Part shown: positions 52,098 to 61,542 of the stretch, piece by piece
Layout of the letters: every line of letters begins with the position of its first letter
Position numbering within the stretch: position 1 is the stretch's first letter
Virus genome (UHGV): UHGV-1366123
Length of the DNA stretch: 64,000 nucleotides
DNA from: a virus
Strand: one strand, 5' to 3'
Notes under the pieces: model-generated
The model's input: the letters and a program-made list of their open reading frames with translations, nothing else
Database searches by the model: none
Told to the model about the DNA's origin: nothing
Program-made: the position numbers and the translations under genes

Positions 52098-52108
52098 AAA
52101 ACCGAACA

Positions 52109-52327
52109 ATGAATATGGACAAGAAGTACAGCGGTTATATCGTGATGAGTGATGGACTTCTATCACCGAATGACCAAATCTCGTACAATGGTTCTGTTTT
52201 CACATATCTTGGGAAATCACAGAGTTCAAGTGGTGAGCTTTGTGGTGTCTTCAAGAATGGTGAAGTAGAATGCTTTATCCCAGTCAGAATCGTAAGATCA
52301 ATGAAGGACAAGAAACTCGTGTACTAA
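52109..52327 (+). CDS. small hypothetical protein (72 aa)
   Basis: Short ORF in operon context. Confidence 0.35.
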   Translation: MNMDKKYSGYIVMSDGLLSPNDQISYNGSVFTYLGKSQSSSGELCGVFKNGEVECFIPVRIVRSMKDKKLVY

Positions 52328-52573
52328 GGAAGATACTCTCCTTGGCTCTCCTTGGTATTTCCCTTGATTTCTGAATCCATTGGAGGTGTGAAAGCCTTCA
52401 GAAATGGTTTCGAGGTCAAGGGAAATACGTCTCTGAAAATCTCTGAATATCCGTGAACCACTCCCCATTTCCGTATGATAGGAAATATGGCAGGTCGATT
52501 GTAAGACAAACCAACCAATAAACAATAATCAACATCAACATTCGACAGACAACAATCAATCAATCAAGCAAAA

Positions 52574-53302
52574 ATGGACATTATCAAAAACCTCGGTTAT
52601 AACCAACATGGGATACTGGACAACATCCAGAAGCTGTATCTCGACGGAAAGCCGATCGATTGTGACATCACTTATTCCAAAGGTGCTTTCTATGGAAAGT
52701 TCAAAGTGAAGGAAGCAGATGGAGAAACTCGTGAAATCACAATCGAACAACCTCGACTAAAGTTTGATGTTTTCCCACTTTCGGAAGATGTTCAGAAGAT
52801 AGAACCCTTAAAGCCACTTCCACTCGAAGATCAATCGATCGAATCAATGATGATCGACCTACCGTTTATCGTCAGACCAACAAAGCCAGACACGTCGGTG
52901 ACTGATGAAACTGGGTCGAAGATGTTCAACCGATTCCAAGGTTTTCACACTCCAGACGACATGTATGAAACGTACTGGTTCTGGATCAACGAAGCTTATC
53001 GTGTGCTGAAGGTCGGTGGTACGCTTCTCTTCAAGACACAGAACACGATTTATGGCGGTATCAACCACAATACTGAGTTTTTCTCGTTCATGTGTGCCGA
53101 GAGAGCAGGGTTTGTCACCGAAGACACCTTCGTTCTTGGTGCAAAGTCGAGAATGATCTCACCATTTATGACCAAGCAGTTGCACGCTCGAAAGTTCACA
53201 TCGACTTTCTTCATCTTCAAGAAGCACAAATCCACAAAACATAAGAAGTTCAACTATTGGTCATTAATCCCAAAGCTTGAAGAATCTCATCATCATCAAT
53301 AA
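52574..53302 (+). CDS. possible truncated amino-methyltransferase-like protein (242 aa)
   Basis: IDLPFIV then YWFWINEAYRVLKVGGTLLFKTQ resembles the DPPY...RVLKpgG region of N6/N4 MTases; no AdoMet FxGxG motif seen. Confidence 0.3.
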   Translation: MDIIKNLGYNQHGILDNIQKLYLDGKPIDCDITYSKGAFYGKFKVKEADGETREITIEQPRLKFDVFPLSEDVQKIEPLKPLPLEDQSIESMMIDLPFIVRPTKPDTSVTDETGSKMFNRFQGFHTPDDMYETYWFWINEAYRVLKVGGTLLFKTQNTIYGGINHNTEFFSFMCAERAGFVTEDTFVLGAKSRMISPFMTKQLHARKFTSTFFIFKKHKSTKHKKFNYWSLIPKLEESHHHQ

Positions 53303-53322
53303 TTAATACAAAACTAAACCGT

Positions 53323-55365
53323 ATGTCAAAATCAGAAATCGCTAACGAGTTCTTGAGTGATCTCGTCGTGCATTCGAAGTATGCGAACATTGTCCCAGAG
53401 GAACATAGAAAGCAGACTTGGGAAGAATGTGTGGCAGAACTGGAGAAGATGTTCATCAATGACTATCCTCATCTTGAGGGAGAGATCCGTGAGAACATGA
53501 AGATGGTGTACTCAAAGAAGGTGTTCCCATCAATGAGATCGATCCAGTTCGGTGGTCTCCCAATCTCGTATAATCCAACACGAATATACAACTGTTCTGC
53601 ACTTCTTCTTAATGATACAAAGTGCTTCTCAGAGATCATGCACATTCTCTTGAGTGGGACAGGAATCGGTGTTTCTATCCAAAAGCGACACATCGACAAT
53701 CTCCCAGAAGTCAAGAAACCAACCAAGAAGAAGCGTTTCCTCATCTCAGATTCTATCGAAGGTTGGGCAGATGCCGTTCGTATGCTCTGTTACTCTTATC
53801 TTCGTGGGAATCCTTACCCAGAGTTCGACTATCGTGACATCCGCCCAAAGGGATCAATCATCAAGAAGTTGAACTGCTATGCACCAGGTCATGAAAGACT
53901 CAAGAAGTCAATCGAACAGATCGACAAGGTCTTCAAGACAGCAGTTGGTCGAAAGCTCACACCTCTTGAATGTCTTGATATTTCTTGCTTCATCGGTGAT
54001 GCTGTGGTCAGTGGTGGTGTGAGAATGGCTGCAATGATCATGTTCTTCGATAAGGATGATGAAGCAATTATGACTGCAAAGTCAAATGTTCCACTTCGAA
54101 GTGCAACAGTAGAATCTGAGGACGATAAGAACTGGTACATCAAGGTAGAACCGAAGAACATCGACGACTTCTATGGTGATGAATCACGAGTTATCACTGT
54201 TCGCAAGAAGTTCGGTGACTTTGACAATTCTTGGGACTTTGACAACATCTGCAAGAATCTCTCTGCAAGTTGGTACTACGTGCATCCTCAGAGAGCAATG
54301 AGTAACAACTCTGCAGTACTTCATCGTGATGATACCACACGTGAAGAACTCGAGAAGTTGATGAGAATCGCAGATTCGAACAAGTCTGGAGAACCAGGTC
54401 TTTTCTGGACGAATGACTATGACATGATCTCGAACCCATGTGGCGAGATTGCGCTCAACGACTGTCAGTTCTGTAATCTTTCAACGATCGTTGCCTACGA
54501 TATTCGTACGCAGGAAGAGTTTAACCATCGTGCACGAGTGGCATCATTCCTTGGAACTCTCCAAGCAGGTTACACGAACTTTCACTACCTCCGCCCAAAG
54601 TGGAAGGAACAGACCGAAAAGGAAGCACTTCTGGGGGTATCTTTGACAGGTATTGCATCGGGAACTATCCTTTCTCTCAATGAAACCGAAGCTGCATTGT
54701 GTGCAGTAGAAGAAAACAAGAGAGTGGCAAAACTCATCGGTGTAAATGAAGCACAAAGAGTAACGACGATCAAGCCCGAAGGGACATCAACGATCGTTGC
54801 TGGTGTGTTCGGAAGTGGGATTCACTCTGCTCATGCTGAATACTACGTTCGCAACATTCGCATTCTGAAGTCTGACCCAGTTTACACTTATCTGAAGATC
54901 AACGCTCCAGATTTCCTTGATGATGAATATTCCGATAAGGACAAAGCCGTGTTCTCTGTTCCTATGCGAGCAAATCACGACTGCATCTTCAGAACGGAAT
55001 CCACCTTCGACCTTCTTGAGAGAATCAAGAGATTCAACGAGAACTGGATAGCACCAGGTCATATCTCTGGAGCAAACAAGCACAACGTCTCCTCGACTGT
55101 CTACGTCAAAGATGGTGAAATCGATAAGGTCATCGAGTGGATGTGGGATAATCGTAATTCCTATTCTGGTCTCACGATTCTTCCTTTCGATGGTGGTACT
55201 TACAAACAAGCACCTTTCCAAGATATCACGAAGGAAGAATATGAACAGATGCTTGAGAAGTTCCCGACGAATCTCGACCTTTCTAAGGTTTATATCGAAG
55301 ACATCAAGACTACTCAATTCGAATACGCTTGCGCAGGTGGGGCTTGTGAAGTGAAGTCCGTTTAG
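53323..55365 (+). CDS. nrdJ: ribonucleotide reductase, class II (B12-dependent)-like monomeric type (680 aa)
   Basis: Active-site NPCGEIAL...CQFCNLSTIV, SGTGIGVS; size typical of monomeric class II. Confidence 0.65.
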   Translation: MSKSEIANEFLSDLVVHSKYANIVPEEHRKQTWEECVAELEKMFINDYPHLEGEIRENMKMVYSKKVFPSMRSIQFGGLPISYNPTRIYNCSALLLNDTKCFSEIMHILLSGTGIGVSIQKRHIDNLPEVKKPTKKKRFLISDSIEGWADAVRMLCYSYLRGNPYPEFDYRDIRPKGSIIKKLNCYAPGHERLKKSIEQIDKVFKTAVGRKLTPLECLDISCFIGDAVVSGGVRMAAMIMFFDKDDEAIMTAKSNVPLRSATVESEDDKNWYIKVEPKNIDDFYGDESRVITVRKKFGDFDNSWDFDNICKNLSASWYYVHPQRAMSNNSAVLHRDDTTREELEKLMRIADSNKSGEPGLFWTNDYDMISNPCGEIALNDCQFCNLSTIVAYDIRTQEEFNHRARVASFLGTLQAGYTNFHYLRPKWKEQTEKEALLGVSLTGIASGTILSLNETEAALCAVEENKRVAKLIGVNEAQRVTTIKPEGTSTIVAGVFGSGIHSAHAEYYVRNIRILKSDPVYTYLKINAPDFLDDEYSDKDKAVFSVPMRANHDCIFRTESTFDLLERIKRFNENWIAPGHISGANKHNVSSTVYVKDGEIDKVIEWMWDNRNSYSGLTILPFDGGTYKQAPFQDITKEEYEQMLEKFPTNLDLSKVYIEDIKTTQFEYACAGGACEVKSV

Positions 55366-55389
55366 TATTGATTGATTATTGATTGTGTC

Positions 55390-55430
55390 GTCGACCTCCG
55401 TGGGATAAAAACCACGGAGGTCGATTTTTA
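55390..55430 (+). terminator. Terminator tcgacctccgtgg...ccacggaggtcga plus T5
   Basis: 13-bp stem with T-run. Confidence 0.65.
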
Positions 55431-55454
55431 TAAGATAATAAAAAACCTGTAAGA

Positions 55455-55940
55455 ATGATTATCACGTTTCTCATCATAATCGTCTCTTTCATCCTCTTGT
55501 TCTATAAGACGATCAAACTCTACAAGTACACTTCAGATTGTTTCACAAACATCGTCGAAAATGAAACGATTCAACTAAGGTACAGGATGAAAATCGATGG
55601 ACAAGACGTAAAGAATGTCAGAAAGACAATGTTCAACGTGCTTTATGTTTTTGTGGTTATACCAGATGAAGTGAGAAAGGCAGATCATATGAGCTACATC
55701 ATAAGCCACTTACAGCTGATCGAAGAATCATTACAAGTTCAGAATCTTTATGGTCTTGTAAGTTCTTCACGTGAACAGTTTGTAAGTGAAGAAAATGATA
55801 AAGAAAGAACGATTTATCTCGTAAAGTTCAAGCCGATCATTTATGGTCTTGATCTTTGGAGAATCCTTGTCTTCATTTTCTCTATAATCGTCGCAATTTA
55901 TAATAAAGAAATAGCAGAACTGATATGGCTAATGTTTTAA
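55455..55940 (+). CDS. membrane protein (161 aa; N- and C-terminal TM helices)
   Basis: MIITFLIIIVSFILLF and LWRILVFIFSIIVAIY. Confidence 0.45.
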   Translation: MIITFLIIIVSFILLFYKTIKLYKYTSDCFTNIVENETIQLRYRMKIDGQDVKNVRKTMFNVLYVFVVIPDEVRKADHMSYIISHLQLIEESLQVQNLYGLVSSSREQFVSEENDKERTIYLVKFKPIIYGLDLWRILVFIFSIIVAIYNKEIAELIWLMF

Positions 55941-57016
55941 GTGGGAACGATCCTTCCTACATCCTTAACCCAAAGATAAGAACAAGAGAGCGGTCTATCG
56001 TTTTCTCGAATAACCAGTTTATGGACAGTTTTGGAAGAACTTTCCTTGACATGTCCGAGTTCTCTGTAAAGTGTGAAAGATCGTCATCGACGATAATCAC
56101 GATTGATCCATACGAAGAGGTTCAGATCCCTTCATTCAAGAACGTGATCTTCACATGTTTCGGTGGATCTGTTGCACATATGAACGATGCACAGATTCGA
56201 TCGAAGCAGACTTTACACTTCGGTATGAATGTGGAAGTCGAGAATCCGAAAGATGCACTGTCGTGGAATTCCAAAACTACTCATCTGAACATAAGTTTTG
56301 TGTTCCCACCTTTAATGAGTGAAGGTATCGACGGAATAGCTAACCTCCAAACACAGCGTATAAACATTCAAAGATACCTCTCGAAATCTGGGAAATATGT
56401 CGGAGATGTTGAAGATATCACTTTTGAGCATCTTCATACGCATGTAAAGTTCAACATCCACTACGAATATGACGAGATTTTGAATGAACATGATCTGAAG
56501 ATAAGCGACTTCAAAGTAGGTGGTAAGTTCAGTGGAGGTGGAGAAATCGACACTGAGTGCAACGTCACGAAAAAGTCACGAGTTTTTATGCTCTCACCAA
56601 ACATAGACTATCAGTTGGATGGTGTTGAATCTGTTCGATTCCTTTATAGTCGGGAAACATGGGAGAAACTATGTGACAACGGAGCTATTCTGAGAAAGTA
56701 CACTGCTCTTGGAAGTGAAGAAGATGTCCGATTAGAGCACGACATGTTCCAATCAAAGTTCTCTGTCGCAGAGTTCCGTGGGATTTCGATCATTCTTGAA
56801 AACAACTCAGAAACCGAAGGTCTTCTTCAAGAGGTCTCTGTAGAAAAGATCTACAAGAAGTATGATGAATCGTTCAGTTGTTCGATCACGTGTGGTAGTC
56901 TCCGAGAACACGACGTTTATCACAGCTTCGGTTTTGTGAGACCCCAAGGAAACAACGTATCTTTCAGAAATATAACAAGAAAAAAGATCGATTTACAAGT
57001 TTTATCTTATGAATAA
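55925..57016 (+). CDS. hypothetical protein (363 aa)
   Basis: ORF. Confidence 0.55.
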   Translation: MANVLSGNDPSYILNPKIRTRERSIVFSNNQFMDSFGRTFLDMSEFSVKCERSSSTIITIDPYEEVQIPSFKNVIFTCFGGSVAHMNDAQIRSKQTLHFGMNVEVENPKDALSWNSKTTHLNISFVFPPLMSEGIDGIANLQTQRINIQRYLSKSGKYVGDVEDITFEHLHTHVKFNIHYEYDEILNEHDLKISDFKVGGKFSGGGEIDTECNVTKKSRVFMLSPNIDYQLDGVESVRFLYSRETWEKLCDNGAILRKYTALGSEEDVRLEHDMFQSKFSVAEFRGISIILENNSETEGLLQEVSVEKIYKKYDESFSCSITCGSLREHDVYHSFGFVRPQGNNVSFRNITRKKIDLQVLSYE

Positions 57017-57296
57017 ACTCAACCTTTTATCAATCCTTAAGGTGTTGGTAAAGCAGGAACTGGGAAATGTCACAGTCAATGGCAATCTCCTCAGTTACAA
57101 CAGTGGTGTGGTGTCCAATAATGTCACAGGTCGTACATACAACGTAGTGGCAAACTACAATTCACTGAATCCAAATGTTGTATCTTGTATGTTCTCTACT
57201 TCACAGGGTACGAGCCACATGGTCTTCGTAAGAGGTCAAGAACGATTTGATCTTCTTCTGAAGCTCATGGAAGTATGTCAAGACAAGCAAATGTAA
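57009..57296 (+). CDS. hypothetical protein (95 aa)
   Basis: ORF. Confidence 0.4.
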   Translation: MNKLNLLSILKVLVKQELGNVTVNGNLLSYNSGVVSNNVTGRTYNVVANYNSLNPNVVSCMFSTSQGTSHMVFVRGQERFDLLLKLMEVCQDKQM

Positions 57297-57317
57297 CTTT
57301 TTAATTTCAATCCAAAT

Positions 57318-57581
57318 ATGACTAAGAAAGAATTCATCACAGCTCTCGCAGAGCAGACTGGTGCAACTAAGACGCAGGTAGAAGCCATCATCGGTGCTTA
57401 TCACAAGACTATCATCGAAAGTCTTAAGAAGGATGAGCCAGTGACCTTCGTTGGCTTCGGTACGTACTCATCCAGAGTTCGCCCAGAGCGTGAAGCCTTC
57501 AAGCCTGGTACTAAGGAAAAGATGACAGTACCTGCAAAGAAGGTCGGTAAGTTCAAGATGTCAAAGTCTGTAGAACTTTAG
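57318..57581 (+). CDS. hup: HU/IHF-family DNA-binding protein (87 aa)
   Basis: MTKKEFITALAEQTGATKTQVEAII...VTFVGFGTYSSRVRPEREAFKPGTKEKMTVPAKKVGKFKMSK matches the HU fold signature. Confidence 0.85.
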   Translation: MTKKEFITALAEQTGATKTQVEAIIGAYHKTIIESLKKDEPVTFVGFGTYSSRVRPEREAFKPGTKEKMTVPAKKVGKFKMSKSVEL

Positions 57582-57615
57582 TAGAAAAAGGAGATAAACG
57601 AATTCGCAATGAACG

Positions 57616-57654
57616 GATGGGCTGGTCTTTGGAAACATAGACCAGCCCATTTCG
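57616..57654 (+). terminator. Stem-loop atgggctggtct...agaccagcccat
   Basis: 12-bp stem then ttcg. Confidence 0.5.
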
Positions 57655-57774
57655 TATAAAAATACTGAAAATATCGAAAATGACGACGGAATCGACACCG
57701 ACGAACACTGACGAGTATCTTCGATATAAAAATGGAAAGAACGAATTAGTCAAATCAAACTTAATAAAGAACAA

Positions 57775-59205
57775 ATGAAAGCCAAGAAGCATCACGTGGG
57801 CATGTTTGACCACATGTTCCAAAAGGGAAAGATCACATTCTTGCTGGATGGTTACTCCGCAGGTTCATCTGGGAAGGGCAAATGTGAATCTCTGATCGTA
57901 AAGAACACGTCGTTTGGATCTAAAGACAGTGATAAGCGTCTTGCAGTCTGTACCACAAACTCTGCAAATGCGTCACATTGGGTTTATGATGACGGCAAGA
58001 AGATGATGTTCGAAGTCCTCCCTTCATCGGCTTACCTGTACGAAAAGCTCGAGTTCGTGGCTATCGGTCACGGTGCGTCGTTCTCCGTTGAACGTCTCTT
58101 CGAAGAAATCAAGATGAGCGGTCTTCCCCTCGATAAGCTCTTCATCCACCCCAAGGCAGGGATCATCACCAAGATCGACGAAGACTACGAAAAGGGTCTT
58201 TGTGATATCGACGGCAACTATTCGTCACAAGACCACGACGGCACAATTGCAGGTGGTTCAACTTGCTCTGGATCTGGTGCAGTTCGTGCAAAGAAGGTCG
58301 TTCGAAACAAGACGGTGACTTATGCTTACCAAGTCCCAGAACTCAAGCAGTTCATCTGTGATGTCGAAAAGCGTCTTATGACGTTTATGATCAATGGAGG
58401 ATCAGTCCTTCTGCAGATTGGTCAAGGTTTCCCACTTTCGTATGGTCTCGGCTATAACAAGCAGAACTCAACAAGTCGAAATGTGACAATCAGTGCAGCT
58501 TTGGATGATATGAATCTTCCTCCATTCTTCGCAGGTGACGTTATCTTGAATGGTAGAACTTATCCGATCAAGATCAACAACAAGAAGTATCGCCTTATTG
58601 GTGGGAAGCCAGTTGTCCGACTTCACAAGAACTCGGAATCGACGCTCAAGTACTACGCTCATAAGCATCTGTTCGACTTCATCGAAGGAGATGATCACGT
58701 TTCTATCGTCACACGTAAGGAATTCATCAACTTCTACGAAATGCGTGAGTTCCCCTACCTTGAATACGAAGTCATCGAATCGTTCAGTGGTACTGGTTAT
58801 TCTCCAATCTGGAACGAAGAAAGTCACCAGCGAGAAATCACGTGGGAAGATGTCGAAAAGAACTATGGGAAGACAATCCCAGATGATGTAAAATGCACGT
58901 CACTTACCAAGCTCCCCCGAAGAGTCTTTGAGTTCGATAAGAGCCTTCTGCACGACGGTATTCTCTACAATCTCTCTCCAAATGGCAAAACTCATATTGT
59001 CATCAACTTCGTCAACTGGGTAGATGGTGAAATGGACGGAGAACGTGAGAAGATCACCGAAAAGGTCGAAGATTGGCTCTCCAAGAACATGTTCGGCGAA
59101 ATCGACACTATCAACAAGCTCGTAGGTGGTAATGATGAAAAGGTCGTGCTTTCTGTACTCGGGACTGGTCGTGAATCCGACGACTTTGTCGCTGTAGAAC
59201 AGTAA
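57775..59205 (+). CDS. adenylosuccinate synthetase-family enzyme, divergent (PurA/PurZ-like, 476 aa)
   Basis: P-loop GSSGKGK aligns with [30 protein letters not shown] aligns with [32 protein letters not shown] with [18 protein letters not shown] with GAQGTLLDIDHG. Confidence 0.55.
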   Translation: [476 protein letters not shown]

Positions 59206-59230
59206 TTTCCTCTCTTCAAAGGAACAATCC

Positions 59231-59280
59231 GCAAGAATGGGGTCATTGTGACAATAAGCACACAATGACCCCATTCTTGT
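59231..59280 (+). terminator. Stem-loop acaagaatggggtcattgtg...cacaatgaccccattcttgt
   Basis: 20-bp perfect stem. Confidence 0.55.
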
Positions 59281-59336
59281 TATAAGATTAATAAAAAACG
59301 TAGCAACCCCCCCCACACCATTTCAAAATCTTCATT

Positions 59337-59738
59337 ATGACAAAAGACGACTGCACAAGCATTAAGAAGATACTACGGATTTCTACGATAGTTTTCTTCG
59401 TTATCACTACGATTTACTTCATTGTCGCAATTATGCGTATTGCAAACATAGGAAGTGAAAACAAACCTCACGAGATAATCGATTCGTTGAAATACACAAA
59501 CTCTGTCTATGAACACGATGTTCGAAAGTTGAAGGCGCAGATCGATTCACTTTCCCTACAAAACGAGATATCTTCAAAAAAGATCGATTCACTTGAAAAT
59601 GTCGTCGACACGAAGACATCTTCACTAAGGAAAGCAGAGAGCGCAATGCGAGCAAAGAAGCTGAATTTCTCCAAAGACGTGTTCGAAGTCGAACAAGAAC
59701 TAAGACAAAACATCCAAGAATATGAAAAGAATAATTAG
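59337..59738 (+). CDS. small TM plus coiled-coil protein (133 aa)
   Basis: N-terminal hydrophobic helix, heptad-rich C-terminus. Confidence 0.45.
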   Translation: MTKDDCTSIKKILRISTIVFFVITTIYFIVAIMRIANIGSENKPHEIIDSLKYTNSVYEHDVRKLKAQIDSLSLQNEISSKKIDSLENVVDTKTSSLRKAESAMRAKKLNFSKDVFEVEQELRQNIQEYEKNN

Positions 59739-60120
59739 TCTCTCGCTCTTGATGCTCATCTATGGTGTAACAGTGTCACATGCGCAGAACATAGAAATCT
59801 CGAAGAAAGATGCTGTCATAATCAACCACATGTTTGATCAACACAAGCAACTTCTTGAAATCTCCACAATGAAGGATTCGATCATGCAGTCGTTGAGGGA
59901 AGTCGTGGACAACAAGACACTTATCATTGAAAACCAACTTGAACAGCTTCGCAAGTATGACGAAATGATGATGAAGAATGACACGATCATTAATAACCAT
60001 AAGAAGATGGCGGAGATCTATGAGAAATCTCTGAAAAAGGAAAGACAAAAGTCAGTATTTTGGAAATATGTTGGACTTCTTTCCTCTGCAGTGGCTATCA
60101 CCGCATTCATCATAAAATAG
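59722..60120 (+). CDS. small secreted/coiled-coil protein with C-terminal TM (132 aa)
   Basis: Signal-like N-terminus, C-terminal hydrophobic helix. Confidence 0.45.
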   Translation: MKRIISLSLLMLIYGVTVSHAQNIEISKKDAVIINHMFDQHKQLLEISTMKDSIMQSLREVVDNKTLIIENQLEQLRKYDEMMMKNDTIINNHKKMAEIYEKSLKKERQKSVFWKYVGLLSSAVAITAFIIK

Positions 60121-60130
60121 GCTCTCCGAG

Positions 60131-60152
60131 CTTAAGGAAGGTATTTTCCTTG
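60131..60152. repeat. GTAC palindrome cttaaggaaggtattttccttg
   Basis: Family member directly upstream of purB. Confidence 0.6.
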
Positions 60153-60198
60153 CGCTCTGGAATATCGACGAATATTTTCACCCCAATCAAATCAAGAA

Positions 60199-61470
60199 AT
60201 GTCAAGGAACGTATCTCCTCTCGATCACAGGTATGCCGATGTCATACAGAACATGTCACACATCTTCAATTCTGAAAGATACTATAAGACGATGTGGAAT
60301 GTCGAAGTCGAATATCTTCTTTACTTCTTAAAAGAGATAGCAAACATAGAAGTAAACGAAGACATCATCAGAAAAAACTGCAAGTTCGACAGTTCTGTCT
60401 ACAACGAGATTCTTGAAGAGGAAAATGTAACCAAGCACGATGTCAAGGCAGTTATCAATGTCCTACAGAGAAAAACGTCGGGTTCGGTTTATGTCCATTT
60501 CGGACTGACTTCACAAGACATAGTTTCTCTGTCAATGTCTATTCTCATGCAAGAAGCAATGGAAGTCATTGATCGTTCGGTAAACTATGTCGAAGGAATC
60601 CTTGAAAATCTTCATAGAGAGACAAGGGGCATTTGGTCTCTATCAAAGACTCATGGACAATCTGCAGTTCCTCATCTTTTGAAAGATGACGTTTATAAAT
60701 GGCGGTATGATGTCTTGAAGTTTAGACAACGTACAAACAACTATTCAGTTGTCAAATTCTCTGGTGCTGTCGGTAACAACTTCGCAATTTCGAGACTTTT
60801 CGACATAGATGTTCGGAGAGTTGCAGAACTTATGGATTCGTTCGTCAAGAAATTCGGACGGTTCACTGTTAGTGGAGAAGAAGCGACACAAACCGACAGA
60901 TGGGAATCGTTCTGTGAAAGATTCTCTGATTGGAATCTGGCCATTTCAAGAATCATTAGCGACATTCAACAGATTTGGCAAATGTGCTCGGATGGTTATT
61001 TCAAACTGAAGGTAGACGAAGGTTATTGTGGATCTTCCGCTATGCCCCACAAGGTCAACCCCATCAAGTTTGAAAATGCGGAAGGATGCTTCTGTAGATG
61101 TCAGAAAGACTTCGAGTTTTACATTAATAAGTTATCGAAATCAAGAATGCATCGTGATCTTTCAGATTCAGTGGTCATAAGAATGATCCCCGAGACGTTG
61201 TCTTATCTTTATCTCGGATTCTCTTCGTTTGCAAATGGCTTGAAGTCGCTCGAGGTGAACGAGGAGAAGATAAAAGATGATCTCGAGGAGAACTATCAAG
61301 TGTTCTCTGAAATCGTACAGCTCTATCTAAAGATGAAGGGAGATGAGGACGCATATGAAGAATCAAAGCGTGTGTTTAGAGGAAGCCAGATGACACTCTA
61401 CGACTTCAAGAAAGCTCTTAAAGCTCTGAACATTGAGTATGATGAAATCAAGAAGTTCATAGAACTTTAG
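60199..61470 (+). CDS. purB: adenylosuccinate lyase
   Basis: N-terminal SPLDHRY signature and superfamily motif GSSAMPHKVNP. Confidence 0.8.
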   Translation: MSRNVSPLDHRYADVIQNMSHIFNSERYYKTMWNVEVEYLLYFLKEIANIEVNEDIIRKNCKFDSSVYNEILEEENVTKHDVKAVINVLQRKTSGSVYVHFGLTSQDIVSLSMSILMQEAMEVIDRSVNYVEGILENLHRETRGIWSLSKTHGQSAVPHLLKDDVYKWRYDVLKFRQRTNNYSVVKFSGAVGNNFAISRLFDIDVRRVAELMDSFVKKFGRFTVSGEEATQTDRWESFCERFSDWNLAISRIISDIQQIWQMCSDGYFKLKVDEGYCGSSAMPHKVNPIKFENAEGCFCRCQKDFEFYINKLSKSRMHRDLSDSVVIRMIPETLSYLYLGFSSFANGLKSLEVNEEKIKDDLEENYQVFSEIVQLYLKMKGDEDAYEESKRVFRGSQMTLYDFKKALKALNIEYDEIKKFIEL

Positions 61471-61481
61471 AGACAAATAGA

Positions 61482-61542
61482 AAATCGTCGGTGAGATCCT
61501 TTTGTTGGTAGTTACATAACAAAAGGATCTCACCGATTTTTG
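61482..61542 (+). terminator. Terminator atcgtcggtgagatccttttgtt...aacaaaaggatctcaccgatttttg
   Basis: Long perfect stem plus T-run. Confidence 0.65.

Noticed and set aside
52330-52570. Structured 240-bp intergenic region (tatttcccttga/tcaagggaaata inverted repeat)
   Set aside because: It may be a terminator/leader, but I found no recurring motif or RNA-gene signature I could support; not reported as a feature.
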